Source: Bacilli bacterium (GTDB lineage: Bacteria; Bacillota_I; Bacilli_A; RF39; UBA660). Taken from it: a stretch of DNA of 64,000 nucleotides. Positions within the stretch are counted from its first letter, which is position 1. The number at the start of each line of letters is the position of its first letter. The DNA lies in contig SKFZ01000010.1 of assembly GCA_007117695.1 (NCBI GenBank), forward strand, positions 1,305 to 65,304, in the 5' to 3' direction. Shown here piece after piece: positions 53,230-64,000 of this stretch. Both the position numbers and the translations under genes were made by a program. The notes beneath the pieces were generated by a model that saw only the letters and a program-made list of their open reading frames with translations, had not been told where the DNA came from and did no database searches.

Positions 53230-53482
53230 CTTCTATTTCTCCTTTTTCTTTAGAGCTCACTTCAAGAATGTAGCTTTCTTCTATCAAGTCTTCATCAAAC
53301 ATCGGATCTATTGCTTTACTAACTAATTCACAATCCTCTAAATTAACATATCCTGATTTATCTATAGTTATTCTCAAAATATTAAGCCCTTCTTCTTTTA
53401 AATAATCTACACCATCTAAAACAAATCCCAGTTCATTGATTTTATTTTCTACCATTTTTTTCACTTTTTTTTCTATATCCAC
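53219..53482 (-). CDS. rimP: Ribosome maturation factor RimP, N-terminal domain only (87 aa)
   Basis: Matches the RimP N-domain through the YILEVSS block (equivalent to YFLEVSSPG). It ends there and overlaps the nusA start. No C-terminal domain is encoded. Confidence 0.55.
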   Translation of the reverse strand: MDIEKKVKKMVENKINELGFVLDGVDYLKEEGLNILRITIDKSGYVNLEDCELVSKAIDPMFDEDLIEESYILEVSSKEKGEIEDGQ

Positions 53483-53506
53483 ATTTACCCTCCACGACTA
53501 GATTAA

Positions 53507-53548
53507 AGAGTGGAGAAATCCCCCACTCTAGATACAAATATTATAACA
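53507..53548 (-). promoter_or_regulatory. rimP-nusA operon extended -10 promoter (TGtTATAAT) followed by a leader hairpin
   Basis: Minus strand reads tatgTTATAATatttgtatctAGAGTGGgggatttctCCACTCTttaat. A 7-bp stem plus a short U tract lie in the 5' UTR. Confidence 0.45.
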
Positions 53549-53627
53549 TAAAATAGATGTAAATGGAAATTAAATTGAACATTAATGCTTTTTTTTGTTA
53601 TAATGATTATTATATGGAGATGATAAT

Positions 53628-54332
53628 ATGAAAAGTAACACTTTTGACTTAAAAAAATATGCAAAAAGCGCCTCGCTAGGAATTGCTTCGTTGGGGGTTT
53701 TCTTGCTAGGGCAATTTATAATTGCACTACCCTTGATTATTTTTAATATTGAAGGTAGTATCATGAGAACAATACTATTGCTCTTGGGACAAACATTTTT
53801 GGCCTTGGTTTTAATATATATATTCAAGGAGCGCTTGTGGGAAGACTTACTAGACCTGCTTGAAAATCACGAGTCCTATTTTAAAAAATATTTCAAATAT
53901 TGGTTTTATATTTTAATAGGAATGGCTCTTAGCAATCTTTTGATAATACCATTTTCAGATGGAATAGCCCAAAACCAAGAGAATGTTTTAGGACTACTTA
54001 GAGATATGCCTGTTTATATGTATTTTTCAGCAGTTTTTTTTGCTCCTTTAACAGAAGAATTAGTGTTTAGACAAGGTTTTAGACAAGTTATATTAAACGA
54101 CAAATTATTTATATTGCTATCTGGACTATCATTTGGTGTTGTCCATATAATCAGTTCAAATGATATAATTAGTCAACTGCCTTTTTTACCTGCTTATACT
54201 ATCCCAGGCCTAATATTTGCTTATCTTTTAGTAAAAAGTAAAAATATTTTTGTTCCGATGGGAATACATTTTGTTCATAATGGTGTTTTAGTTTCTCTTC
54301 AAATTATAGCGATGATATTTGGAGGAATTTAA
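53628..54332 (+). CDS. CPBP family (CAAX-type) intramembrane metalloprotease
   Basis: EELVFRQG motif, a second His motif (FGVVHI) and the HFVHN block. About six transmembrane segments. Confidence 0.75.
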   Translation: MKSNTFDLKKYAKSASLGIASLGVFLLGQFIIALPLIIFNIEGSIMRTILLLLGQTFLALVLIYIFKERLWEDLLDLLENHESYFKKYFKYWFYILIGMALSNLLIIPFSDGIAQNQENVLGLLRDMPVYMYFSAVFFAPLTEELVFRQGFRQVILNDKLFILLSGLSFGVVHIISSNDIISQLPFLPAYTIPGLIFAYLLVKSKNIFVPMGIHFVHNGVLVSLQIIAMIFGGI

Positions 54333-54334
54333 AT

Positions 54335-55192
54335 ATGGAAAATAAGAACAAAAAATTACTTACATTATTAGTGATTTTCTTTGTTTTAGTAATTTCATTT
54401 TTCCTATATGCAAGACTAGTGGCGACTAGCGGATTATTTGTAAAAGAGTACAAAATAACTAATGAAAAAATTTTAGATGATTTTCACGGTTTTAAAATTG
54501 TTCATATATCAGACTTACATTACGGAACATCTGTAGGAATAAATGAGATTGAGGACATTGTTAATAAAATAAATTATATCAGCCCAGATATAGTACTGTT
54601 TACTGGTGACTTAATAGATAGAACTATTGACTTAAGTTCAAACGAAAAAAACACTATAATAAGTGCTTTTCAAAAAATAGAACCTAATCTTGGGAATTAT
54701 GCTATAACTGGAAAACATGATGTGGAAAATGATAATTACTATGAAATTTTAAAAAAATCAAATTTCACTTTATTAGATGATGAAATCGAAACTATTTACA
54801 AAAATAATACAACGCCCATTTTATTAACCGGTCTTTCGTCAACTAATAAAAGCAATGATTTAGAAAGTAAGATGAGTGCTACAAATGAATTTTTAAAAGA
54901 AGATGAAAACGAATATTATCATATTTTAATGATTCACGAGCCCGATTTAGTAAATGAATTAGATTTAAATAAATTTGATCTTGTTTTAGCAGGTCATTCT
55001 TTAAACGGTCAAGTTAGACTGCCAATTATAGGTCCGATAATTTTACCAGAAGGGGCTAAAACATACTTTGAAAATAAATATATAGTAAATAACACGGAAC
55101 TTTATATTTCAAGCGGTGTCGGCACAACAAGGATGCAACTTAGATTATTTAATAGACCATCAATAAACTTCTATCGTTTAACAAATAAATAA
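54335..55192 (+). CDS. Membrane-anchored calcineurin-like metallophosphoesterase
   Basis: N-terminal transmembrane segment plus metallophosphoesterase motifs (HISDLHYG, GDLID, GKHD, GHSLNGQ). Confidence 0.7.
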   Translation: MENKNKKLLTLLVIFFVLVISFFLYARLVATSGLFVKEYKITNEKILDDFHGFKIVHISDLHYGTSVGINEIEDIVNKINYISPDIVLFTGDLIDRTIDLSSNEKNTIISAFQKIEPNLGNYAITGKHDVENDNYYEILKKSNFTLLDDEIETIYKNNTTPILLTGLSSTNKSNDLESKMSATNEFLKEDENEYYHILMIHEPDLVNELDLNKFDLVLAGHSLNGQVRLPIIGPIILPEGAKTYFENKYIVNNTELYISSGVGTTRMQLRLFNRPSINFYRLTNK

Positions 55193-55200
55193 GAGATAAA

Positions 55201-57512
<2,312 letters not shown>

Positions 57513-57527
57513 CTACTTATATTATAA

Positions 57528-57556
57528 CAAAAAAACAGTATAAAAATACTGTTTTA
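57528..57556 (-). terminator. Rho-independent terminator downstream of the pilin-FGE-like gene. The ligA promoter TGtTATAAT follows.
   Basis: Stem acagtat/atactgt with loop aaaa, flanked by A and T runs. The minus-strand TTGTTATAAT plus AGGTGA precede the ligA ATG. Confidence 0.65.
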
Positions 57557-57559
57557 ATT

Positions 57560-59161
57560 TTATTTGTTATGAATAGCAATACGAAAGCCTCTTGATGAAC
57601 TAGCACCACCATTGACAGCAGTAAAGGAAAATATACTAGCCCCAGGGTCCAAACTGTTAAGTCCACCCCTAACATACCAAGAATTATCATGGTCTCCTCT
57701 AGCAGCTACCATTAAAGCATCTTCCCAATTAAAAGTTTCCCCAAGAGCATCACCTAATTTACTATGTGAGAAGTCTTCTATGTCATCATTAAAATCATAC
57801 TTATCTATAAGAGGTTCTAAAGAAGGATTGTTTATATTTGGAGATAGTTCGCTAGCGGATTCTTCATCAGATGTAAAACCAGATTGCGATATTCTAAGTG
57901 ACTCATTTCCCGATGTTTTGACTCCAGCCATTACATATTCATAAGCCCCACCAGCCATATCATAAACACCATACACATTCCCTGTGGTACTTGTTTTTTG
58001 TCCATTTTCACTATTGTATTGGTTGCAATCAGAATTAGCTGGCCCAAGTGCCGAATCAGAAGCGCATCCAGTTAAAAACGAGTTATTTCTATTCGACCAT
58101 ATTTGTTCGTCACTACCGTATACAGACCTTGATAAATACACTACTGCTCCCCAGTCTATATTTCTTAAAAGCCTTGACTCAGCCTCATCTCCATTCAATC
58201 CATATATATTACCATGTTCATTAAAATCTCTTGCAACAACGAAGGCTTTAGATAACTCAATTCCTCTCCACATAATACTATTTGGTTTTATTATTGCGCT
58301 ATCAAGTTCAGGCGAACTAACAACACCTTCAGCAGCAGTAGTAGCACCTTCAAATCCGGTTGTATATTTTCCAACCCATAACCCATTTAATTCATCTTCA
58401 CCAAAGCTAAATGCTGGATGAGTTAACCATTCATTTTCTAAATTTCCAAGTGATTTTTCGGTTGATATTCCTTCAAAAATCACATCAAACATTACATCTT
58501 CATATGCCATTGCTGAAAAACTTGAGTTTAAAATTCTATACCTATATCTTGGTATCCAAACAAAGTATGCTAATACATCTTCGTCATCAACTTCCTCACC
58601 AGGTGAAATGTTTTGATAATAACCCCTGCTAGTAGCTGTTAACAAAGCAGCATTGGCCCACATTTTATCACTGTAGTCATACCAACGCGAATTAAGGTCC
58701 GCTTTTACCCATGTATCTTGTTCTTCATCATACATTATTGGTAGCATACCCTCGACTAGTTCAGGTCTTGAAGCACCTGATGGATCTATATATCCACACT
58801 TGCCTTGGTTTAATAGTTCATACTCAATATTATCGATTTCATTTATTTTTATTTTAACTTCTTTTAACTCTGATATTTCTTCATTTGTGTTTGGATCTAA
58901 AAGTGGACTTGGTAATATCCCTGAATTAAAAAGTTGACGAAGAGTTATACAATACTCCCTGTCTTCAATCAACGGATATTGATCTCTGTTATCGTCCATA
59001 TATCTCCTTGTAGAAGCGTAAATAAGCTTTAAAGTATCATCACCGACACTTGTTCTTATAGTTCTAATTTGATTAATAATAGGCGGAACTACTATGAGTG
59101 AAATAATTCCTAAAATAACAATAACTCCTAGTAACTCGACTAGTGTAAACCCTTTTTTCAT
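57560..59161 (-). CDS. Prepilin-type (class III signal peptide) modular pilin-like protein with a C-terminal FGE-sulfatase/C-type-lectin-like module
   Basis: The N-terminus MKKG|FTLVELLGVIVILGIISLIVV is a canonical prepilin leader. The first 15 aa are identical to the gap-pgk pilin-like protein. The C-terminal third shows FGE-sulfatase (SUMF1-like) signature blocks: GNVYGVYDMAGGAYEYV (compare GNVWEW), RGGLNSL and a terminal RGFRIA. This assignment is tentative. Confidence 0.55.
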   Translation of the reverse strand: MKKGFTLVELLGVIVILGIISLIVVPPIINQIRTIRTSVGDDTLKLIYASTRRYMDDNRDQYPLIEDREYCITLRQLFNSGILPSPLLDPNTNEEISELKEVKIKINEIDNIEYELLNQGKCGYIDPSGASRPELVEGMLPIMYDEEQDTWVKADLNSRWYDYSDKMWANAALLTATSRGYYQNISPGEEVDDEDVLAYFVWIPRYRYRILNSSFSAMAYEDVMFDVIFEGISTEKSLGNLENEWLTHPAFSFGEDELNGLWVGKYTTGFEGATTAAEGVVSSPELDSAIIKPNSIMWRGIELSKAFVVARDFNEHGNIYGLNGDEAESRLLRNIDWGAVVYLSRSVYGSDEQIWSNRNNSFLTGCASDSALGPANSDCNQYNSENGQKTSTTGNVYGVYDMAGGAYEYVMAGVKTSGNESLRISQSGFTSDEESASELSPNINNPSLEPLIDKYDFNDDIEDFSHSKLGDALGETFNWEDALMVAARGDHDNSWYVRGGLNSLDPGASIFSFTAVNGGASSSRGFRIAIHNK

Positions 59162-59225
59162 ATGTGATCCTCCTACTATAAATATACCACATTCATAAAA
59201 ATTAAAAAAGCACTTGCGTGCTTTA
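59162..59225 (-). promoter_or_regulatory. Terminator for the pcrA transcript, followed by an extended -10 promoter and AGGAGG ribosome-binding site for the pilin-FGE-like gene
   Basis: Minus strand reads aaAGCACgcaaGTGCTtttttaat ... TGGTATATT ... AGGAGG atcacat ATG. Confidence 0.5.
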
Positions 59226-59226
59226 A

Positions 59227-59379
59227 TTATCTTCTACTTAGTTCACTATACACAAACTTTGAAATTAAAATGGCCCCGAAAAACACTATAACCCAAAAAC
59301 CAATATTATTGTGGTTATCTACAATGAACTCCTTTACGGGCTCCATAGCCCCTTCAAACCAATCAAAAAATCTTCTCAT
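59227..59379 (-). CDS. Small hypothetical membrane protein (50 aa), translationally coupled to pcrA
   Basis: Encodes MRRFFDWFEGAMEPVKEFIVDNHNNIGFWVIVFFGAILISKFVYSELSRR. The GGAAGGAG ribosome-binding site lies inside the pcrA 3' end, and the ATG is 2 nt after the pcrA stop. One predicted transmembrane helix. It falls below the ORF-track length cut-off. Confidence 0.35.
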   Translation of the reverse strand: MRRFFDWFEGAMEPVKEFIVDNHNNIGFWVIVFFGAILISKFVYSELSRR

Positions 59380-59381
59380 AA

Positions 59382-61463
59382 TTACTCCTTCCTAATACTT
59401 TTATGGCCTTTCATAATGCTCTTGACACCATATGGGTGTGGAAAGGCAATACTTAAAATACTTTTATTTATAGCAACAACAATTCCTTCACCAAAAGTTA
59501 TGTGTGTTACATTATCACCAATTTTATATTCAATGCTAGAATCAATATTTCTTGCATTACTTATAGAAACATCGTTTTCAGAATTCAAACTTTCTAAAAA
59601 TTCATCACCAATTTCTTCTATGAAACGACTTTGTGGGCTGTACGTGTCCATCCCAAAAATACGTCTTCTCTTAGCATTTAATAAAAACAACTCTTTTTTA
59701 GCTCTAGTTATAGCAACATAACATAATCTTCTTTCTTCTTCTAACTGCTCATTATCCATCAAAGAATTTTTATGTGGAAAAATTGTTTCCTCAAGCCCTA
59801 TTACAAACACGTAATCAAACTCTAACCCTTTAGCAGAATGAACAGTCATTAAAGTTACTACATCTCTTTTATCTTTATATTCTTCGATGTCCGCAACTAA
59901 ACTAATCTCTTCTAAAAACTCATCTAACATTATTGTACCATATCTTTCTTCAAAAGACTTAGTAATAGATTTAAACTCCTCTAAATTTTCAATCCTTATT
60001 TCAGCATCTAATGTTTTTTCGTTTTTTAATTCTTGTCTCATACCACTTTTGTCTAAAACCTCTTCTACTAATTCGGTAATTGAAAGTTTAGGTTTTTTTG
60101 CAATTATATCGTTAATTATTTTTTTGAATTCAAGCTCTTTTCCGCTTTCAATTGAATCAAACAAACTAGAATTTAAATCATTAGCACGGCTTTGGATTTT
60201 TTGAATTGTTTTTAACCCAATTTTTCTTTTTGGAACGTTTATTATCCTTTGTAAACTAATATCATCATTACTATTGTGAATAAGCTTCAAATAGGCAATT
60301 AGATCTTTTATTTCTTTCCTTTGATAAAAGTAAAATCCTCCGACAACTTTATATGGAATATTTTCCGCTAGCAAAACTTCCTCAATGTTTCTAGATTGAG
60401 CGTTTGTTCTATATAAAATAGCAATATTATTTCTAGTTACACCATCCTCTAACAAACTTTTAATCTTCGCTTTAACAAAAAAAGCCTCATCTTTTTCATC
60501 TACTAGCCTTTTATATTTTATTTTTACCCCTTCATCCTGTCTTGTCCAAAGCTTTTTGTCTTTTCTTTGCTTATTATTTTTAATAACCGCATTAGCAGCT
60601 TCTAAAATGTTTTTAGTAGATCTATAATTTTCTTCAAGCATAATAACTTCTGAATTAGCATAATCTTTTTCAAAATTTAAAATATTGCGATAATTTGATC
60701 CTCTAAATGAATAAATTGACTGGTTCTCATCACCCACTACACAAATATTTTTATATTTAGCGCTAATCATCTTAGTTAAAATATATTGAGCCTCGTTTGT
60801 ATCCTGATATTCATCTATTAATACATAATTAAATCTTTCTTGGTAGTTTTTCAAAACTTCTTTATTCTCATTAAATAGTTTTATAGGCATAATTAGCAAA
60901 TCATCAAAATCAAAAGAATTATTTACTTTTAATTTTTTTTGATAAGACTTATACACTTTGTAAACTAACTCTTCATATTCATTTGTTACAAACTTTTCAT
61001 ATTCCTCAGGCGTTATTAATTCATTTTTTGCACTACTTATTTTTGATTTAATACCTCTTGGATTATATTGTTTTGGGTCAAGATTCATTTCTTTAATAAT
61101 TTTTTTCACAACACTTAATGAATCATCACTATCAAAAATTGTAAAGTTCTTTTTATATTCCAACTTTTCATAATTTTCTTTAATAATGCTAAGCCCAAAA
61201 GAATGGAAGGTTGATATTTGCATCTCATAAGCACTTGGGCCTATCAAATTTATAATTCGCTCTTTCATCTCTTTCGCTGCTTTATTAGTAAAAGTTATCG
61301 CCAATATATTATATGGATCGATACCTAATTCTTTTATCATATATGCTATTCTAGTAGTTAGAACTCTAGTTTTACCACTTCCTGCACCAGCAAGTACCAA
61401 AAGTGGTCCTTCAGTTTTAGTAACTGCTTTTTTTTGTACTTCGTTTAATCCTTCTAAATTCAT
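59382..61463 (-). CDS. pcrA: ATP-dependent DNA helicase PcrA (UvrD family)
   Basis: Walker A AGAGSGKT and UvrD motifs (DEYQDTN, VGDENQSIY, TVHSAKGLE). 693 aa. Confidence 0.9.
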   Translation of the reverse strand: MNLEGLNEVQKKAVTKTEGPLLVLAGAGSGKTRVLTTRIAYMIKELGIDPYNILAITFTNKAAKEMKERIINLIGPSAYEMQISTFHSFGLSIIKENYEKLEYKKNFTIFDSDDSLSVVKKIIKEMNLDPKQYNPRGIKSKISSAKNELITPEEYEKFVTNEYEELVYKVYKSYQKKLKVNNSFDFDDLLIMPIKLFNENKEVLKNYQERFNYVLIDEYQDTNEAQYILTKMISAKYKNICVVGDENQSIYSFRGSNYRNILNFEKDYANSEVIMLEENYRSTKNILEAANAVIKNNKQRKDKKLWTRQDEGVKIKYKRLVDEKDEAFFVKAKIKSLLEDGVTRNNIAILYRTNAQSRNIEEVLLAENIPYKVVGGFYFYQRKEIKDLIAYLKLIHNSNDDISLQRIINVPKRKIGLKTIQKIQSRANDLNSSLFDSIESGKELEFKKIINDIIAKKPKLSITELVEEVLDKSGMRQELKNEKTLDAEIRIENLEEFKSITKSFEERYGTIMLDEFLEEISLVADIEEYKDKRDVVTLMTVHSAKGLEFDYVFVIGLEETIFPHKNSLMDNEQLEEERRLCYVAITRAKKELFLLNAKRRRIFGMDTYSPQSRFIEEIGDEFLESLNSENDVSISNARNIDSSIEYKIGDNVTHITFGEGIVVAINKSILSIAFPHPYGVKSIMKGHKSIRKE

Positions 61464-61584
61464 TTTATCACCACACTTATAATAACATATTTAAAAATTA
61501 ATTATAAGACTTGCTTTTTTAATTTTTATCACTAAAATAAAATAAAAAAAAGTAATAATTATGTAAAAACTACATTTCATTACT

Positions 61585-62589
61585 TTATTTTATCGAATCG
61601 GTTGGTTTTGAGTTTAGATTAAGGCTAGCTCTAATTCCCTTTTTATAAGCAAAATATCCTGCTGCCCCAATCATAGTGGCATTGTCTGTACAATACTTGA
61701 AAGAGGGAATAATTAAATTAATATTGTTTTTATTAGCCTGTAATGCAAGTTCTTCCCTAAGTCCGCTATTAGCTGCTACACCACCCGCTAAAACTAAATT
61801 ATTAACATTATATTTTTTTGCTGCCGCAATTGTTTTTTTAGTCAAAACTTCAACAACTCTATTTTGAAAAGTGTTGGCTAAATCTTCTTTAACGATCTCA
61901 TTTCCTCTTTGTGATTCATTATGAACTAAATTTATAACAGCACTTTTCAACCCGCTAAAACTAAAATCAAAACTATCATCATCTAAAGGAATAGGCAATT
62001 TGTATGAATCTTCCCCTTGTTTAGCAAGTTTATCAACTAATGGACCTCCAGGGTATCCAATATCCATAACTCGCGCAACTTTATCATATGCCTCACCTAC
62101 AGCATCATCAAGCGTTCCACCGATTTTTTCAAATTCATAGTGATTTTTCATATAAATCAAATCTGTATGACCGCCACTTACTACTAAAGCAATTAAAGGA
62201 AACTCCATTTCTTTTTCTAAGTTATTTGCATAAATATGACCTGCAATATGATGAACCGGAATTAAAGGCTTGTCATATAAAAAACTCAATGTCTTAGCAG
62301 CTTGCAACCCAATAAATAGCGATCCAATTAGCCCTGGTCCATATGTCACTGCAATTGCATCTATTTGATCCATAGTTAACTCGCTTTTTTCAAGGCATTC
62401 CTCTATTACGATAGTTATATTTTCAACATGACTTCTAGAGGCAACCTCAGGAACGACACCTCCAAATTTTTTATGAATATCTATTTGCGATAACACAACT
62501 GTTGCAATGTCTTTTTTTCCGTTTTCCACAATAGAAACACTTGTCTCATCGCAAGATGATTCAATTGCTAATATATATTCTCTTTTCAT
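61585..62589 (-). CDS. tsaD: tRNA N6-threonylcarbamoyladenosine synthase TsaD (Kae1/Qri7 family)
   Basis: Has the tandem His motif HxxH in HIAGH. Reads [15 protein letters not shown] ... HIAGH ... GGVAANSGL. Confidence 0.95.
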   Translation of the reverse strand: MKREYILAIESSCDETSVSIVENGKKDIATVVLSQIDIHKKFGGVVPEVASRSHVENITIVIEECLEKSELTMDQIDAIAVTYGPGLIGSLFIGLQAAKTLSFLYDKPLIPVHHIAGHIYANNLEKEMEFPLIALVVSGGHTDLIYMKNHYEFEKIGGTLDDAVGEAYDKVARVMDIGYPGGPLVDKLAKQGEDSYKLPIPLDDDSFDFSFSGLKSAVINLVHNESQRGNEIVKEDLANTFQNRVVEVLTKKTIAAAKKYNVNNLVLAGGVAANSGLREELALQANKNNINLIIPSFKYCTDNATMIGAAGYFAYKKGIRASLNLNSKPTDSIK

Positions 62590-62984
62590 AATTCACCTCT
62601 TACCATTAAGTACGCATCTTCTCCTTGATAATACTTTTTAATTCTCTTTGTAACTCTAAATCCATATTTTTCATAAAGTTTTACGGCCGCCAAGTTATTA
62701 ACATTAACTTCTAAGCTAATATTTTTATACTTACTTTTATCACAATAATTTATTAAATATTTAACCATCCAGGATGCATAATTTTTATTTCTCTTTTCTT
62801 TTTCAACATATATATAATCCAATTCTACTCTATCATATAATACGCTAATACCCATAAAAGCAATGTCATCAATCAAAAAATATCTTTTGTAACTTAAAAT
62901 TTTTTTAATTTTATAATCACTAGAAAATTTTTGTAAAAAATAGTTAATTTTTTTCAAATCATTTTCTTTAGCTTCTCTTATCAT
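62586..62984 (-). CDS. rimI: Ribosomal-protein-alanine N-acetyltransferase (GNAT)
   Basis: GNAT fold of 132 aa located between tsaB and tsaD, the conserved tsaE-tsaB-rimI-tsaD arrangement. Confidence 0.75.
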   Translation of the reverse strand: MIREAKENDLKKINYFLQKFSSDYKIKKILSYKRYFLIDDIAFMGISVLYDRVELDYIYVEKEKRNKNYASWMVKYLINYCDKSKYKNISLEVNVNNLAAVKLYEKYGFRVTKRIKKYYQGEDAYLMVRGEL

Positions 62985-63600
62985 CTTTTAATGATTCCTC
63001 CGCATTAGTATTTTTCAAATATTTAGGCTTAATACTATGTGCATTTTCGCCTTCTATATCAATGTAATGTGAAAATATTTTTTTTACGTCTACTAAAACT
63101 TTCTTGCTATTTATGCCTTCTAATTCATCGTTTGATACTACAGTTAAATCAAATTCTTTTGAATATTTAGCAAAAAAATCATTTAAATTAGTCCTCTGAT
63201 CAGAAATAACACAATTTAATTCATTATCATATATAGCAACATAAGCTTCACCATTGCGGTCTAAAATAACTGGCATAATATACTTAGTTTTAACATTTGT
63301 AGTCGCCATAAACAAAAGTGTTGAAATAGGAACCACTTTTCTTTCTACTGCCCATGCATAAGTCTTAATTACCGTTACAGCCATCCTTATTCCAGTAAAA
63401 GAACCCGGGCCAACAGTAACAATAAATTTGTGAAAATCTTTTTTATTAATATTTGATTCATCAATTAGTTCTTTTAATACTATGTGCATTTTTTCTGGAA
63501 TATCATTTTTTGTTACTTGTTTTTTTTCATAAACTTTATCATCACGTAAAACAGCAGCGAAGATCTCCTTATTCGATGAGTCTAAAAATAATATATTCAT
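62968..63600 (-). CDS. tsaB: tRNA threonylcarbamoyladenosine biosynthesis protein TsaB
   Basis: Inactive Kae1-like ASKHA fold (ILFLDSSNKEIFAAVL). 210 aa. Confidence 0.8.
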   Translation of the reverse strand: MNILFLDSSNKEIFAAVLRDDKVYEKKQVTKNDIPEKMHIVLKELIDESNINKKDFHKFIVTVGPGSFTGIRMAVTVIKTYAWAVERKVVPISTLLFMATTNVKTKYIMPVILDRNGEAYVAIYDNELNCVISDQRTNLNDFFAKYSKEFDLTVVSNDELEGINSKKVLVDVKKIFSHYIDIEGENAHSIKPKYLKNTNAEESLKDDKRS

Positions 63601-64000
63601 AAAACCTCTCCTAGCAATCTATCATATTTATCTCCGTATGAAGTAATTGTTAATTCCCTTTTAGTTTCAGAAATTCTTTTGATATCTATTTCAATCCTTT
63701 CCTTAGGAAGAAAGTTTTTGATCATACTGGACCATTCGATGAAAACAATACCACCTTTATCAAAGTATTCTTCTAAACCAATCCCTTCAACGTCACCATT
63801 TAAACGGTAAACATCTATGTGATAAAAAGGAGTTTTACCCTCATATTCTTTTATAATTGTAAAAGTCGGCGATGTTACTGCCTCGTTTATTCCTATTTCT
63901 TTGGCAAAACTTTTAGAAAAAAATGTTTTACCACTACCTAAATCACCGTCAAGACAAACAATCATATTTTTAAACTTGCTTTTAGCAAATTTCTTAGCCA
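63597..64000 (-). CDS. tsaE: tRNA threonylcarbamoyladenosine biosynthesis ATPase TsaE. The N-terminus is truncated by the window end.
   Basis: P-loop LDGDLGSGKTFFSK. The reading frame stays open upstream of the ORF-track Met through coordinate 64000. Confidence 0.8.
   Translation of the reverse strand, partial: AKKFAKSKFKNMIVCLDGDLGSGKTFFSKSFAKEIGINEAVTSPTFTIIKEYEGKTPFYHIDVYRLNGDVEGIGLEEYFDKGGIVFIEWSSMIKNFLPKERIEIDIKRISETKRELTITSYGDKYDRLLGEVL

Noticed and set aside
53219-53482. rimP as a frameshifted pseudogene with its C-terminal domain in another frame
   Set aside because: The nusA start overlaps directly, so there is no space for a RimP C-terminal domain in any frame. It was kept as a genuine short RimP and flagged as a finding instead.
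61464-61584. Imperfect inverted repeat (agtaataattatgt...acatttcattact) between pcrA and tsaD. It was considered as a terminator or small RNA.
   Set aside because: The stem has several mismatches and is AT-only. It may be a weak tsaD terminator, but the evidence is insufficient to call it.

Overview
This 64 kb window looks like a compact core-genome region of a very AT-rich, walled, anaerobic Firmicute. By eye the G+C content is well under 35%. The Firmicute assignment rests on RpoE-delta, EzrA, RecU-PBP1A, SpoVG, DivIC/FtsB, FtsEX and a Spo0A-like C-domain. The anaerobic lifestyle is suggested by NrdDG, and the presence of prfB implies the standard genetic code. About 75% of genes are on the minus strand, many with overlapping stop and start codons. 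Recognisable housekeeping genes, in order along the window: polA (partial), comEB-polC, prmC-prfA, rpoE, ywiB-argS, lemA, dnaD-nth, hup, engB-der, recU-ponA, ftsB-like, spoVG, ftsEX, prfB with the canonical +1 programmed frameshift, nrdDG, then a roughly 12 kb polycistronic unit (udk-like, gap, pgk, tpiA, dusB, lysS, ackA, nrnA), ezrA divergent from rpsD, T-box-controlled tyrS, the rimP-nusA-ylxR-infB-rbfA operon, csaA, ligA and pcrA, and tsaEBD-rimI. There are no rRNA or tRNA genes, CRISPR arrays or obvious mobile elements. The most unusual content is two paralogous prepilin-type (class III signal peptide) modular proteins that share an identical N-terminus (MKKGFTLVELLGVIV). One carries a C-terminal LamG/ConA-like module and sits translationally coupled between gap and pgk. 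The other carries an FGE-sulfatase/C-type-lectin-like module and is a self-contained promoter-gene-terminator cassette that splits the normally adjacent pcrA-ligA pair. Other notable items are a compact Spo0A-like regulator embedded between tpiA and dusB, a head-domain-only CCA-type nucleotidyltransferase next to a PHP phosphoesterase, an N-domain-only RimP, and several cis-regulatory RNA leaders (tyrS T-box, rpsD leader, nusA leader).
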